A stretch of DNA of 64,000 nucleotides from an uncultured Gammaproteobacteria bacterium (GTDB lineage Bacteria > Pseudomonadota > Gammaproteobacteria > CAYGNG01): assembly GCA_964351225.1 (NCBI GenBank), contig CAYGNG010000007.1:2590-66589 (forward strand), read 5' to 3'. A program made the position numbers and the translations under genes. Numbering within the stretch: position 1 is the stretch's first letter; each line of letters begins with the position of its first letter. Under the pieces are notes generated by a model. The model did not search any database. It was not told the origin of the DNA and was given only the letters and a program-made list of their open reading frames with translations. This document shows, piece by piece, positions 9,379-20,464 of this stretch.

Positions 9379-10121
9379 TTTTCACCCACGAACCCTCTTA
9401 ACCGATTCTCAATTAATCGTGGATGCTCGCCTTCTGCAATAGCAGAAAATCCTTCAATAAACATTTCCCGAGTGCGAGTACGTCTATCCACATGAGCACG
9501 TAACTTGTGTGCTATAGGTAAAAAAATTAAATTTGCGAAACCAACACCATAAATAGTGGCCACAAACGCAACCGCTATGCCCGCACCCAGCTCAGTTGGA
9601 TCGCTCAAATTATCCATCACATGAATTAACCCCAACACAGTTCCTAATATGCCAATGGTTGGGCTATAGCCACCTAAACTTTCAAAAACACCTGTCGCTT
9701 CAATATCAAGATGTTGCTCACTTTGTAATTCAAACATCAAGGCAGAACGAACTTCTGATGCCGTGTTACCGTCAATTATTAACTCAAGTCCTTTCCTAAT
9801 AAAGCTGTCTTTTTCTTTTGGAATTTCCGATTCAATACTTAAAATACCTTCTTTTCTCGTGACGGTGCTGATCTCAACAATTCGTTTAACATTTTTTAAT
9901 AGATTGCTTTTAGGAGGCAAAACCATCCACTTAATGATTTTTAGTGATCGGAAAAATATTTTGCTTGGTGTTTGCAAAATAACAGCACCAAAACTCCCTC
10001 CAATTACAATTAAAAATGCTGAACCATTCACAAGATGGCTTAAATCACCACCTTCAATAGTTTGACCTATTGCTATGGCAATGAATGCTAAAAGTATTCC
10101 AAATATTGTTAGAAAATCCAT
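9375..10121 (-). CDS. motA: Flagellar motor stator protein MotA
   Basis: A four-TM MotA/TolQ/ExbB architecture is present. The start overlaps the end of motB. Confidence 0.85.
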   Translation of the reverse strand: MDFLTIFGILLAFIAIAIGQTIEGGDLSHLVNGSAFLIVIGGSFGAVILQTPSKIFFRSLKIIKWMVLPPKSNLLKNVKRIVEISTVTRKEGILSIESEIPKEKDSFIRKGLELIIDGNTASEVRSALMFELQSEQHLDIEATGVFESLGGYSPTIGILGTVLGLIHVMDNLSDPTELGAGIAVAFVATIYGVGFANLIFLPIAHKLRAHVDRRTRTREMFIEGFSAIAEGEHPRLIENRLRGFVGEK

Positions 10122-10136
10122 TATGGAATTCCTTAC

Positions 10137-10907
10137 CTATTTATCCATTATCCAAGTGGTCATTCTCGATTGTAAACGAATCATGGCTTGACTATGGATC
10201 TGACAAATCCTTGATTCGCTAACACCTAACACGTCACCAATCTCTTTAAGATTCAATTCTTCATCATAATACAAAGCCAATACCAACCGCTCTCTTTCAG
10301 GTAAACTTACAATTTCATCGGAAATCTTCTTTCTTAATCGCTCACGATGAACACCATCACATGGATCGCTAGGGGCGCCATTAAATCCATCTTGACTTGA
10401 CAACCCCTCTGCGCCTCCAAGCAAGTCATCCAGTCCATATAAACGAGATCCCGTGCTATCTAATAACATTTGATGATATTCACTAATAGACATCTGAAGC
10501 GCCTCAGCAACTTCGGCATCTTTTGCATCTCGACCTTTTGAGTGCTCTAATGTGCGGATGGTTTCTGAAATCATTCTTGAATTTTTATGCACAGAGCGCG
10601 GGACCCAATCTCCTTTGCGAACTTCGTCTAACATCATTCCTCGGATCCGAATCCCCGCATAAGTCTCAAAGCTTGCCCCTTTACTCTCATCGTAATTTTT
10701 TGCGGCTTCTAGTAAACCAATCATTCCAGCTTGCACTAAATCATCAACTAATATGGTATTAGGCAATCGCCCAATAAGGTGATGAGCTATTTTTTTTACC
10801 ATGGGTGCATGCTTTTCAACAATTTCACTCAAGGTTTTTTCTGTTGACTTGATTTTATTATACATTTCCAATCCATTTTCCATGCTATTTTCCCTATTAC
10901 TCAGCAT
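10137..10907 (-). CDS. fliA: Flagellar sigma factor FliA (sigma-28)
   Basis: Region 2 reads YAPMVKKIAHHLIGRLP...DLVQAGMIGLLEA. Region 4 reads LPERERLVLALYYDEELNLKEIGDVLGVSESRICQIHS. Internal ATGs at 10883 or 10865 may be the true start. Confidence 0.9.
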   Translation of the reverse strand: MLSNRENSMENGLEMYNKIKSTEKTLSEIVEKHAPMVKKIAHHLIGRLPNTILVDDLVQAGMIGLLEAAKNYDESKGASFETYAGIRIRGMMLDEVRKGDWVPRSVHKNSRMISETIRTLEHSKGRDAKDAEVAEALQMSISEYHQMLLDSTGSRLYGLDDLLGGAEGLSSQDGFNGAPSDPCDGVHRERLRKKISDEIVSLPERERLVLALYYDEELNLKEIGDVLGVSESRICQIHSQAMIRLQSRMTTWIMDK

Positions 10908-11715
10908 GTTCTATCAACCTTTCTAAGAAAAAGGTAATATGCTTTCCATTTATTTCCGGAGCTGGCCAGCTCGTAACTCGATGAGCAAGCGTTTTAAAGG
11001 CAATACTTGATCGGGAACTTGGATATGCCTGAAAAACGGCTTTTTGCTTTTGAACGGCTTGCCGAAGATTCTCATCATAAGGAATCGAGCCAAGCAGATC
11101 TAAGGTTACATCTAAAAACCGATCGGTAGCTCGGAGCAATTTGGAAAACAAGGCACGCCCTTGCTTATCATTCGTCACCATATTGGATAAAATATGGAAT
11201 TTACTAACGCCATATTCCCGACTCATTATTTTCATCAAGGCATAGGCATCGGTAATGGAAGCCGGCTCATCGCACACCACCACCACAACCTCTTGTGCTG
11301 CGCGCATGAAAGTAATAACGTTGTCTGATATTCCTGCCGCCGTGTCAATCACAAGAATATCGAGATCATCTGTCAAATCATTAAAACTATTTATTAATCC
11401 AACGTGCTCATTAGCACTTAATTGCGTCATTATTTGGGTGCCTGATGCTGAAGGAATAATTTTAATGCCAAGTGGGCCTTGAAGAATCACATCCTGTAAA
11501 TCACTTTTCCCTTCAATAACATCTTGCAATGTTTTTTTAGGATGGATGCCTAATAACACATCCACATTAGCAAGTCCTAAGTCAGCATCCAGTAACAAAA
11601 CTTTCTGACCCAATGCGCCAAGTGCAATACTTAAATTAACTGAGACATTCGTCTTGCCTATACCGCCTTTCCCGCCCGATATCGCGATAACCCGCACCGG
11701 CTTAACCTTTGTCAT
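10897..11715 (-). CDS. fleN: Flagellar number regulator FleN/FlhG (MinD-like ATPase)
   Basis: A deviant Walker A motif (AISGGKGGIGKT) is present. The gene is positioned between flhF and fliA. Confidence 0.9.
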   Translation of the reverse strand: MTKVKPVRVIAISGGKGGIGKTNVSVNLSIALGALGQKVLLLDADLGLANVDVLLGIHPKKTLQDVIEGKSDLQDVILQGPLGIKIIPSASGTQIMTQLSANEHVGLINSFNDLTDDLDILVIDTAAGISDNVITFMRAAQEVVVVVCDEPASITDAYALMKIMSREYGVSKFHILSNMVTNDKQGRALFSKLLRATDRFLDVTLDLLGSIPYDENLRQAVQKQKAVFQAYPSSRSSIAFKTLAHRVTSWPAPEINGKHITFFLERLIEHAE

Positions 11716-11735
11716 AATATATACCCCGTTCTCGC

Positions 11736-12956
11736 CTAATCATTGATTTCTGCAACTGTATTGCGGTATTCAATAGCAATTTCCTGTTCCATGCAGTTAA
11801 TGCCATGCTGCTTTGTTAATGCAATAGCTTTCTGAATAATCAAGTCTGTCGTTGCCAAGCCGATATCATCGGGAATTTTTTGCCCTGAACAAAAATATGA
11901 AATCGGTATTTTTGTTTCAATCAAATTACTGATGATCGCACCCAGGCTCGTTGCTTCATCCACTTTAGTTACAATCAAATTATTGATATCGTATTTTTGG
12001 TAATATCTAATCGTTTCATCTTGAACTAAATCTTGATTGTTTGCAGCGAGGACGAGCGATTTCTTTATTTTATCTTTTGCTTGCAGCATAGTAAGCAACC
12101 CCTCAAGACGTGGATCATAAAGACAGAGACCCGGGGTGTCGACAATAATTAAATGCTTGCTGCTCATGCTACGAATTGCTGCGGATAAGGATGCTTCACT
12201 ATTAATTGTATGGATGTTGATGTTCATAAGCTTTCCGAAAGTTTTAATTTGTTCAACGGCGGCAATTCGATAAACATCGGTTGTCAAAATCTCTACTGAA
12301 TCGGAGCCATAAGTCATTGCACATTGTGCTGCAAGCTTCGCTACCGTCGTGGTTTTTCCAACGCCCGTTGCTCCAACACAGGCTATAATTCCGCCTTGAG
12401 TAACCAGATCATTATCAAGTGTCAATATGTTGCTTTTAATCATTGATAACACAAAGTCCCAGGCTTGTTCTGTTTCCCACATCTCTGGAACTAAAGATGA
12501 ATAATTTTTTGCAAGTATGTTTTTAATTCCAAGTTTTTTTAAGCGTCTAAACATTTTTGCTTGAATGGGGTTTTGACTTTGCAAATTAGACCAAGCGAAT
12601 CCAGCCAGTTGATCTTGCAGCAAGCCACGCAACACGGTTAATTCATTTTGGAGGCTAACTAAAACGGGGTCTTCTTCCCAATTGACGCTGGAGAGCTTTT
12701 GCTTGCGGCTTCTGTCTTGTGCAATTGCTTCTGCCTCTTTCTGTTTCACTGCTGTAGATTTATTACTATTTTCCGCTGTACTTTGTTGCAAAGCACTTTC
12801 GTCGTAATTAGCAGCAGCAACTATTTCAATGCCATTTTCAACCTTTCTGTCTGACAGAATGACCGCATCTTCTCCTAATGTTTGGCGGATGATCCTAAGC
12901 GCCTCGCTCATGTCTTTTGCAAATATCCGCTTCATTTTCATTATATCTCTCCGCAC
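11736..12956 (-). CDS. flhF: Flagellar biosynthesis GTPase FlhF
   Basis: An SRP-type GTPase domain is present (ACVGATGVGKTTTVAKLAA, DTPG). It lies next to flhA. Confidence 0.9.
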   Translation of the reverse strand: MRRDIMKMKRIFAKDMSEALRIIRQTLGEDAVILSDRKVENGIEIVAAANYDESALQQSTAENSNKSTAVKQKEAEAIAQDRSRKQKLSSVNWEEDPVLVSLQNELTVLRGLLQDQLAGFAWSNLQSQNPIQAKMFRRLKKLGIKNILAKNYSSLVPEMWETEQAWDFVLSMIKSNILTLDNDLVTQGGIIACVGATGVGKTTTVAKLAAQCAMTYGSDSVEILTTDVYRIAAVEQIKTFGKLMNINIHTINSEASLSAAIRSMSSKHLIIVDTPGLCLYDPRLEGLLTMLQAKDKIKKSLVLAANNQDLVQDETIRYYQKYDINNLIVTKVDEATSLGAIISNLIETKIPISYFCSGQKIPDDIGLATTDLIIQKAIALTKQHGINCMEQEIAIEYRNTVAEIND

Positions 12957-12965
12957 AATTGAGCG

Positions 12966-15071
12966 TTATTGACCAACCGATCCCACCACTTTCAACTGCT
13001 TGTTCTCAGGAACCTCTTGGTACGACAACACATGTATATTCATCGAGCTCATCCTCACAAATCGAGCAAGTAAATTTCTCAATTGTGGCGCCACTAATAA
13101 CACAGCGGGAAATCCTGCCACCTCTTGCCGCTGAGCAATCTCCATGATGGATCTTTGTAGTTTCTCCACCAATCCCGGTTCAAGACCCGATCCATCTTCG
13201 CCACCCACCTGTATAGCAGTAAGCAAGATGCGTTCCAATTCTGGCATAAGGGTAATCACAGGCAATTCATTTGATAACCCATTGATACTTTGTATAATTA
13301 ATCTATTGAGTGCAACCCGAACCGCAGCGGTTAAGACGTCAGAATCACGACTTCTGGGGCTTGTCTGTGCCAAAGTTTCGGCGATGGTTCTGACGTCGGT
13401 AATTGGAATTTGTTCACGTAATAGATTTTGCATAACCTGAACGATGGTTCCTAATGGTAAATTATCTGATGTGACTTCATCGGCGAGCTTTGGTGAGCTC
13501 ACACGCAGCTTCTCTAACAGATGTTGGCCTTCCTCATGTCCAAAGAGATCGGCGGCATTAGCCTTCATTACGTGACTAATATGGGTTGCTATTACCGTGC
13601 TGGGATCGACGACGGTATAGCCAAGTGATTGTGCATAATCTTTTTGTGCGCTTGCTATCCATTTTGCCTTAAGGCCAAAAGCTGGATCTTTCGCATTAAT
13701 TCCCTCGATATCACCAAATACTTGTCCGGGATTAATTGCTAATAATTTATCAATATGGATTTCCGATTCACTAATGGTTACTCCCATTAACGTAATACGA
13801 TAATGGCTCGGTGTTAATTCAAGATTATCACGAATGTGGACTGGCGGGATCAGGAAGCCTAACTCTTGTGAGAGTTTACGCCTAATACCCTTTATTCTTT
13901 CCATCAGTTTACCGCCTTGTTGTTTATCAACCAATGGAATGAGTCTATAACCAACCTCAAGACCCAAGGTATCGACGGGCACAACATCATCCCAAGACAA
14001 TTCGGATTTGGATTTACTTATTAACTCTTGATTTTGAGTTTTCTCTATTTCCTTGTGTTGTACTTCTTGTAAAGATCTAAGTGCTTTTTCATCTCGACGC
14101 TTGCTTATAAAATATCCTGCCGCGCCAACGCCAGCTGCCAAACTCAAAAAAGCAAAATGTGGCATATGAGGGATCAAGCCCAATGTTCCTAAAATTGAAG
14201 CGGTGACAAATAAAGACTTCGGCTTATCAAAAATTTGAATTAGTACTTGCGCTGAAACATCTTGCGAGGAAGAAACGCGAGTAACCATAATCGCAGCAGC
14301 AATTGACAGCAATAGCGAAGGAATTTGTGCAACCAAGCCATCGCCAATGGTTAGCAGCGCATAATTCTGCACAGCATGACCTACTGTCATGCTGTGTTGG
14401 AACGTACCAATTAATACCCCCCCGATTAAATTTATAAATAATATCAGTAAGCCTGCTATTGCATCGCCCCGAACAAACTTACTCGCACCATCCATTGAGC
14501 CGTAAAAATCCGCTTCATCTCGAACTTCCGCCCTTCGCCCTTTTGCTTCTTCTGCAGAAATAAGGCCCGCATTGAGATCAGCATCAATTGCCATTTGCTT
14601 ACCTGGCATTGCATCTAGCGTAAAACGCGCACTGACTTCAGAGATCCTGCCGGCACCTTTGGTAATAACAACAAAATTGATGATAACCAAGATAGCAAAT
14701 ACAACGAGCCCGACGGCATAGTTACCGCCGATAACAACCGAACCAAATGACTCGACCACTTTTCCCGCTGCACTTGTTCCCATGTGACCATTCAATAAGA
14801 CAACTCGGGTAGAAGCAATGTTTAATGCCAAGCGCAGCAAGGTTGAAACCAATAAGACGGTTGGAAACACACCGAACTCCAGCGGGCGGTTAGCGTAAAC
14901 ACAGGTTAGTAACACAACTAAAGATAGCGCTATATTAAATGAAAACAACAAATCCAAAATAAAAGGCGGCAGTGGTAATATCATCATAGCGAGCAGTGTG
15001 ACGATCAATACAGGGATCCCAATGCCTAATTTGAATTTATCGAAAATATTATTTGACACTAATGGCATCAT
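12966..15071 (-). CDS. flhA: Flagellar export apparatus protein FlhA
   Basis: A 701-aa product with an N-terminal polytopic membrane domain and a cytoplasmic domain typical of FlhA. Confidence 0.95.
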   Translation of the reverse strand: MMPLVSNNIFDKFKLGIGIPVLIVTLLAMMILPLPPFILDLLFSFNIALSLVVLLTCVYANRPLEFGVFPTVLLVSTLLRLALNIASTRVVLLNGHMGTSAAGKVVESFGSVVIGGNYAVGLVVFAILVIINFVVITKGAGRISEVSARFTLDAMPGKQMAIDADLNAGLISAEEAKGRRAEVRDEADFYGSMDGASKFVRGDAIAGLLILFINLIGGVLIGTFQHSMTVGHAVQNYALLTIGDGLVAQIPSLLLSIAAAIMVTRVSSSQDVSAQVLIQIFDKPKSLFVTASILGTLGLIPHMPHFAFLSLAAGVGAAGYFISKRRDEKALRSLQEVQHKEIEKTQNQELISKSKSELSWDDVVPVDTLGLEVGYRLIPLVDKQQGGKLMERIKGIRRKLSQELGFLIPPVHIRDNLELTPSHYRITLMGVTISESEIHIDKLLAINPGQVFGDIEGINAKDPAFGLKAKWIASAQKDYAQSLGYTVVDPSTVIATHISHVMKANAADLFGHEEGQHLLEKLRVSSPKLADEVTSDNLPLGTIVQVMQNLLREQIPITDVRTIAETLAQTSPRSRDSDVLTAAVRVALNRLIIQSINGLSNELPVITLMPELERILLTAIQVGGEDGSGLEPGLVEKLQRSIMEIAQRQEVAGFPAVLLVAPQLRNLLARFVRMSSMNIHVLSYQEVPENKQLKVVGSVGQ

Positions 15072-15084
15072 AATTAAACCCCAC

Positions 15085-16215
15085 CTACCGCTTTAAGTCA
15101 TCTGGAATTGGCAAGTCTTTAACTGTTTTTGGCTTTTTCGCCTTGCCTGCTTTATACATTCGGATCTGAAAAACATAAGCTAAAACCTGAGCCACTGCGA
15201 TATATAAGCCATACGGAATCTCCGCATTCAATTTCGTGCTGTGATAAATAGCCCTGGCTAATGGTGGCGCTGCAAAAAGTTCAACTTGATGTGCTTGTGC
15301 AACTTTAATAATATGGAGCGCCATATGATCCACCCCTCGAGCAATCACAATAGGCGCCCCATCAGATAACTGATCATATTTTAGTGCAACCGCATAGTGT
15401 GTTGGATTGGTTATGATGACGTCTGCTTGAGGCACGTCAGCCATCATCTTACGTTTAGAAACCTCTTCTTGTAATTGACGAATCTTCTGCTTAACTTCTG
15501 GTCGGCCCTCAACCTCCTTGTACTCATCTCTTAGCTCTTGACGCGTCATTTTTAGCTGTTTAGCGTTATCCCACAGCTGAAATGGAACATCGATAGCTGC
15601 AATAATAAACAATGAAAGCGACAAAATTAAGGTTGTCCACCCCAAAATATGCAATGCTTCAGCAACAGCTGGTTGCAAGGCGTATTTAGACAAATCCATA
15701 ATATGCTTGTGTTTAATATACAGTAAAGCAGTTGCAAACAGTAAGATCACCACAAATTTCCCAAGCGCTTTAACCAGCTCCATAAGCCCTTTCAAAGAAA
15801 ACATTCGTTTAAATCCACTGATGGGATCCAGCCGTTCAAGTTTAAAATTAATAATTGAGAAATTAACTCTAATGCCACCAAGCAACCCTGCACCAATTAG
15901 TGAAGCAAAAACCAAAATAATTAATATAGGCAAGATTGCTATGAGCATATGGGATATCGCAAAATAAAAATCTTGTAACATACTGCTGGTGGTAAATAGC
16001 TCATCCCGCTCTATCGTAAAAATGCTACGCATCATTGCCAATAATTTTTCGCCAACTTCCACGCCAAACGACAACAACATAAGCATCCCGACAAGTACAA
16101 CAAATGCGGTATTTAACTCCTTGGAACGAGGGATCTGACCCTTGTCACGGGCTTCACTGCGTCGCTTCTCTGTCGGCTCTTCTGTTCGTTCTTGGCTGCT
16201 ATCTTCATCTGACAT
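15085..16215 (-). CDS. flhB: Flagellar export apparatus protein FlhB
   Basis: The N-terminus reads EEPTEKRRSEARDKGQIPRSKEL. The NPTH autocleavage motif is present (ITNPTHYAVALKYD). Confidence 0.95.
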   Translation of the reverse strand: MSDEDSSQERTEEPTEKRRSEARDKGQIPRSKELNTAFVVLVGMLMLLSFGVEVGEKLLAMMRSIFTIERDELFTTSSMLQDFYFAISHMLIAILPILIILVFASLIGAGLLGGIRVNFSIINFKLERLDPISGFKRMFSLKGLMELVKALGKFVVILLFATALLYIKHKHIMDLSKYALQPAVAEALHILGWTTLILSLSLFIIAAIDVPFQLWDNAKQLKMTRQELRDEYKEVEGRPEVKQKIRQLQEEVSKRKMMADVPQADVIITNPTHYAVALKYDQLSDGAPIVIARGVDHMALHIIKVAQAHQVELFAAPPLARAIYHSTKLNAEIPYGLYIAVAQVLAYVFQIRMYKAGKAKKPKTVKDLPIPDDLKR

Positions 16216-16997
16216 TACTTACCCCCGCCAGATAACCAAGCATCAATCGTCATAAACCCCATAGACAGCACGGCTTCAACTTGTGGAATGATATTTGATA
16301 ATAAGAAATAGACCACAAACAAGCCAATGACTAACGTGATAGGAAACCCGATGGTGAAAATATTTAACTGTGGCGCTGAACGGGTAAGAATGCCAAATGA
16401 AATATTAATAATGAGCAAAGCGACTATCGCCGGCAACGCCATAGAAATGGCTCCGGCAAACATCGAGGATCCCAGCAGGATGATATCCCAAAAATGATTT
16501 TTAGAGAAAACACTTTCTCCAATAGGAAAAGCCACAAAACTATTTGATATGAGTTTTATTAACTCTAAATGACCGTTAAATGCCAAAAATAGCAATGTCA
16601 CTATAATTAAATATAACTGGCTAATCAGCGGCACAGTCAGGCCACTTTGTGGGTCAACCATGGATGCAAATCCAAGACCGGCTTGCATGGCTATCAGTTG
16701 GGATCCAATCACAAAGGTCTGTAATAAAATCAAAAAAACAAACCCGATGGACAGTCCAATTAATAACTCTTGGCTAATAATAAAAAAACCATTTAAAGAA
16801 ATAATATCAATCTTAGGTATATTCGATATCGTCGACGAAACAGGAATGGTAACAATCATGCAAATAAGCAGACGCATTCGCGCTGGCAATAAACCTGAAT
16901 CAAAAACTGGTGCCACAAGCATCATCCCACCAACTCTTATCAATGGCAAAATTAGTAAATTAATCCATTTCATAAGGTCACTATATAATAAATCCAT
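16215..16997 (-). CDS. fliR: Flagellar export apparatus protein FliR
   Basis: A 260-aa polytopic membrane protein lying between fliQ and flhB. Confidence 0.9.
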   Translation of the reverse strand: MDLLYSDLMKWINLLILPLIRVGGMMLVAPVFDSGLLPARMRLLICMIVTIPVSSTISNIPKIDIISLNGFFIISQELLIGLSIGFVFLILLQTFVIGSQLIAMQAGLGFASMVDPQSGLTVPLISQLYLIIVTLLFLAFNGHLELIKLISNSFVAFPIGESVFSKNHFWDIILLGSSMFAGAISMALPAIVALLIINISFGILTRSAPQLNIFTIGFPITLVIGLFVVYFLLSNIIPQVEAVLSMGFMTIDAWLSGGGK

Positions 16998-17000
16998 CTA

Positions 17001-17270
17001 CTACCCTATTATCGATGGGATATCTAATATCAATTCACGGGTATATTCGACCATGGTTTTTAGCAACCACGGCCCCGTGATCAACATCGCTAGGAAAGTC
17101 ACAAGTAATCGCGGAACAAAGCTTAAACTCATTTCATTAATTTGTGTGGCCGCTTGAAACATGGCAACCAAAAGCCCAACAAGCAAACCCGGCAAAACCA
17201 GTATCGTCACCACCATGCAGGTGATGTATATTGCATGCCTAAATAAATCAACCATCATTTCTGGAGCCAT
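17001..17270 (-). CDS. fliQ: Flagellar export apparatus protein FliQ
   Basis: MAPEMMVDLFRHAIY...FQAATQINEMSLSFVPR is present. The start is trimmed to the ATG at 17270, giving 89 aa. The ORF-track N-terminal extension is spurious. Confidence 0.9.
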   Translation of the reverse strand: MAPEMMVDLFRHAIYITCMVVTILVLPGLLVGLLVAMFQAATQINEMSLSFVPRLLVTFLAMLITGPWLLKTMVEYTRELILDIPSIIG

Positions 17271-17278
17271 CTTACACC

Positions 17279-18019
17279 TCAAAATCCAAAGCTTGCTGCC
17301 AATGTGCCCATCACTAAAGCCCAACCATCTACTAATACAAACAGCATAACTTTAAATGGAAGCGAGATAATCAAAGGAGATAACATCATCATCCCCATCG
17401 CCATCAAAACACTTGCTACCACCAAATCAATAATAAGAAATGGGATAAATAATACAAAACCAATTTGAAAAGCGGTCTTTAGTTCGCTTGTCACGAATGC
17501 GGGCATGATCACGGTTAATGGATATTCTTCTATTGTTACATCTGCCTTAAGACCAGCCATTGAACGGAACAGTGACAAATCATCTTTCCGTATTTGCTTT
17601 AGCATGAATTGTCTTATTGGGATCTCTGCTTTTTTTAATGCTTCTGCTTGCGATATTTTATCCATCAGCAAAGGTTGTATTGCTGTTCTGTTTATTTCAT
17701 TTAAAACAGGGGTCATAATAAATATTGATAGGAACAAAGACATTCCAACCAATATTTGATTGGTTGGTGTTTGTGGCATGCCAACTGCCTGCCTTAACAT
17801 AGACAGCACAATGATGATTCGGGTAAATGAAGTCATTAACATTAATGCAGCAGGCAATAACGTCAATGCCGTCATCGCCATTAAAACTTGAATATTCAAG
17901 CTGTAGCTTTCACCGCCTGCCGTTTTTGTTACGGTCATTGCTGTCAGCTTTCCAAAATCTGCTGAAGCCAAATCAGGAAGAATTAATAGTATGCATAAAA
18001 AAACCAAATTTCGCTTCAT
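17279..18019 (-). CDS. fliP: Flagellar export apparatus protein FliP
   Basis: A signal peptide is followed by the conserved FliP core ([18 protein letters not shown]). Confidence 0.95.
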   Translation of the reverse strand: MKRNLVFLCILLILPDLASADFGKLTAMTVTKTAGGESYSLNIQVLMAMTALTLLPAALMLMTSFTRIIIVLSMLRQAVGMPQTPTNQILVGMSLFLSIFIMTPVLNEINRTAIQPLLMDKISQAEALKKAEIPIRQFMLKQIRKDDLSLFRSMAGLKADVTIEEYPLTVIMPAFVTSELKTAFQIGFVLFIPFLIIDLVVASVLMAMGMMMLSPLIISLPFKVMLFVLVDGWALVMGTLAASFGF

Positions 18020-18450
18020 GATTTTTCCCCACGCGAACAGGCTTTATGTAAAATGTCTGTAAAAGTGCTTTTTTTTAAAGAAGCTGGAATATCAGGTTCT
18101 GCTAGCGGTTCGTCTAATATCATTAATGTGCGAATAGTCCCTGGCGCAATCCCAACCAACAACTGTTTCTCACCGACTTGTATTAAAATTACTTTTTCTC
18201 TTACGCCAATATTAAGACCAGACACCACTTTCAGATTGGTTTTCCCGTGAATTGAAAATTGCTGAATTTTTTTTAAAAAAAAGCCAAAAACAAGAACCAG
18301 CACAATCACAAAGCACAGAGCAAATGCTATTTTATAATAGTCCGGACCAACAAATTCTATGGACCCAGTGGTCGCCACCGCCGAGCTTGCATATGCCTCT
18401 TTTAATGAGAAAAATGCTATTGCCATTAACGTCCCACTTGTTCTTAACAT
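18016..18450 (-). CDS. fliO: Flagellar protein FliO
   Basis: A small single-TM protein placed between fliN and fliP. Its C-terminus resembles FliO. Confidence 0.7.
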   Translation of the reverse strand: MLRTSGTLMAIAFFSLKEAYASSAVATTGSIEFVGPDYYKIAFALCFVIVLVLVFGFFLKKIQQFSIHGKTNLKVVSGLNIGVREKVILIQVGEKQLLVGIAPGTIRTLMILDEPLAEPDIPASLKKSTFTDILHKACSRGEKS

Positions 18451-18457
18451 AACACCC

Positions 18458-18832
18458 TCATTTCAATTTTTTAATCCGCTCAGCCGTGCTGATTACATCT
18501 GTCAGTCGTATGGCAAATTTATCATGTACGATGACCACTTCACCGTGCGCTATTAAAGTACCATTAATTTTAATATCCAATGGTTCTCCGGCTAACCTAT
18601 CCAGCTCCACTACCGATCCTTGATTTAGCTGCAATAGCTTGCGAATGCTGATTTGTGCTCTACCAATCTCCACCGATAACAACACCGAGATATCCAAAAT
18701 CACTTCGAGATCCGCTTCATTAGGAGGGGGGCTTTTCTCCTCTACTAAATTATCAAACTCAGCTGTCGAAGCCGCATCACTGGATCCTGGATTTACCGAT
18801 TCATCATTCATCAAATCACTCCTCTTCAGCAC
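18458..18832 (-). CDS. fliN: Flagellar motor switch protein FliN
   Basis: The C-terminal SpoA domain reads SVVELDRLAGEPLDIKINGTLIAHGEVVIV. Confidence 0.9.
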   Translation of the reverse strand: MLKRSDLMNDESVNPGSSDAASTAEFDNLVEEKSPPPNEADLEVILDISVLLSVEIGRAQISIRKLLQLNQGSVVELDRLAGEPLDIKINGTLIAHGEVVIVHDKFAIRLTDVISTAERIKKLK

Positions 18833-18851
18833 GCATTGCTATTTATCCGCG

Positions 18852-19856
18852 CTAATCTTTGCCAACCCTGCCAAGAATTTTAATTGCACATGTTTTATTT
18901 GAAACGCCAAATCTCGCACGAAATGTCGGGATACCATTTGCCAACACGGTCACATGCTCTTTCATATCAACACCAATAATATCGCCAGCTTTCAGATCCA
19001 ATATGTCGTTAAAAGTAATCTGTGTGCTTGCCAGATCGCCGGTAACCTCTAATAAAGCATCGAATATTTCTTCTTGCAGCGCACTAGACCAACGCTCATT
19101 CACATCTTCTTTATCTGCTGTCACACCAATTTCTAGCGCGGAACGAATCGGCTCTATCATTGAGTATGGCATTGCAATATGAATTTCATCTGAAAATTTA
19201 TCTACGCTAATATCGAAATGCACTACAACAACCATCTCATTTGGTGAGATGACATTTACTAAGTTTGGGTTGATTTCATGCCCTTGCTCTTCACATTTTA
19301 TAGGAATAATCGGATCCCAAGCGCTCATCAAATCCTGCAGTATCATCTCAAGGACTAATCTGCAAATTCTAAGCTCTACTTGAGTGTATTCTTTCTTATT
19401 CCGGATATCGCCTATATCGAGAGGACCGCCAAACAAGCTGTTCACCAACCCCACAACAAACTTGGTGCCAAAAATACACAAAGAAGTACCGATAAGTGGT
19501 CTCATCCTGAATAAATTAAGCGAACACGGTGTGTCTAGACTTGAAAAATATTCGGAGCATTTTAGTGTGATAATTTCTTTTCCTGATACTTCAACTGCAC
19601 GACGCAATAAATTCATCAAGCTGGTTCGCAAGCTTCTTGCAAAGCGCTCATTGATTGCCACCAGACCAGACAAACGACCGCTTGCTTCTCTTTGCTGAGC
19701 GGCAAAATCATAGTAGCGAAAACCATCATCGGTAAGCTTATGATCGTCTTTTGTGTCAACTTTTTCGTCTGCCACACCTGTCAGCAGCGTATCGATTTCG
19801 TCTTGAGACAAAAACTCATTGCTTTTACCCGAATTGCTGCCGCCTGGATCCGTCAT
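18852..19856 (-). CDS. fliM: Flagellar motor switch protein FliM
   Basis: The N-terminal CheY-binding motif is LSQDEIDTLL. The product is 334 aa, a typical FliM length. Confidence 0.9.
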   Translation of the reverse strand: MTDPGGSNSGKSNEFLSQDEIDTLLTGVADEKVDTKDDHKLTDDGFRYYDFAAQQREASGRLSGLVAINERFARSLRTSLMNLLRRAVEVSGKEIITLKCSEYFSSLDTPCSLNLFRMRPLIGTSLCIFGTKFVVGLVNSLFGGPLDIGDIRNKKEYTQVELRICRLVLEMILQDLMSAWDPIIPIKCEEQGHEINPNLVNVISPNEMVVVVHFDISVDKFSDEIHIAMPYSMIEPIRSALEIGVTADKEDVNERWSSALQEEIFDALLEVTGDLASTQITFNDILDLKAGDIIGVDMKEHVTVLANGIPTFRARFGVSNKTCAIKILGRVGKD

Positions 19857-19858
19857 GG

Positions 19859-20464
19859 CTATTGCACCACAAATTTTGTAAACAATACCGTTTCAATCTT
19901 GCTGCCTGAGCCTTGTTCTTTTAGAACTTTATTTATCGCATCAGCGCATTCCATTCGTAAGCTGTCTTTGCCAGCGATTGTTGACAATTGATCATAACTT
20001 TTGTTAGAAAATAGATTATTTAAGTCATTGCGAATAAGTGGTGAATGCAGCTCAACATCATCAATTGCCGACTGTTCTCGCGCAAGAACAGATACATCAA
20101 TTTCTAGATATAATTTTTTATATGTCGATGTTTGGAGTCTAACAATAAATGAAGGCTTAATGTTGTAGTATAGCGCTTTGGGTTTAGTTGCTATCGACGA
20201 CTTCTCCTCCACAGTGATTGGCGGCGATTCATCGCTAACCGCTGACTCATCTTTGCCACCAATAAATAGCAGTACCACGACTCCGAGTACGATACATACT
20301 ATTACGATGACTACCGACAACAGGATTATCTTTTTCTTAGATTTTTTTACCGATGCTTCAGAGGTATTGGCATTATTATCATCCCCGGCTCCTTTGCGAT
20401 TGCTTTCAGTTGATTCTTGCTCTGTTGCCTCTTGATCCTTTGCTTTGAATTTTTTCTTAGCCAT
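19859..20464 (-). CDS. fliL: Flagellar basal-body-associated protein FliL
   Basis: A single-TM protein that is the first gene of the cluster. The start is set to the ATG at 20464, which has a GGAGA RBS 7 nt upstream. Confidence 0.7.
   Translation of the reverse strand: MAKKKFKAKDQEATEQESTESNRKGAGDDNNANTSEASVKKSKKKIILLSVVIVIVCIVLGVVVLLFIGGKDESAVSDESPPITVEEKSSIATKPKALYYNIKPSFIVRLQTSTYKKLYLEIDVSVLAREQSAIDDVELHSPLIRNDLNNLFSNKSYDQLSTIAGKDSLRMECADAINKVLKEQGSGSKIETVLFTKFVVQ

Noticed and set aside
16660-17157. 165-aa plus-strand ORF antisense to fliR and fliQ
   Set aside because: It lies fully inside conserved flagellar export genes on the other strand.
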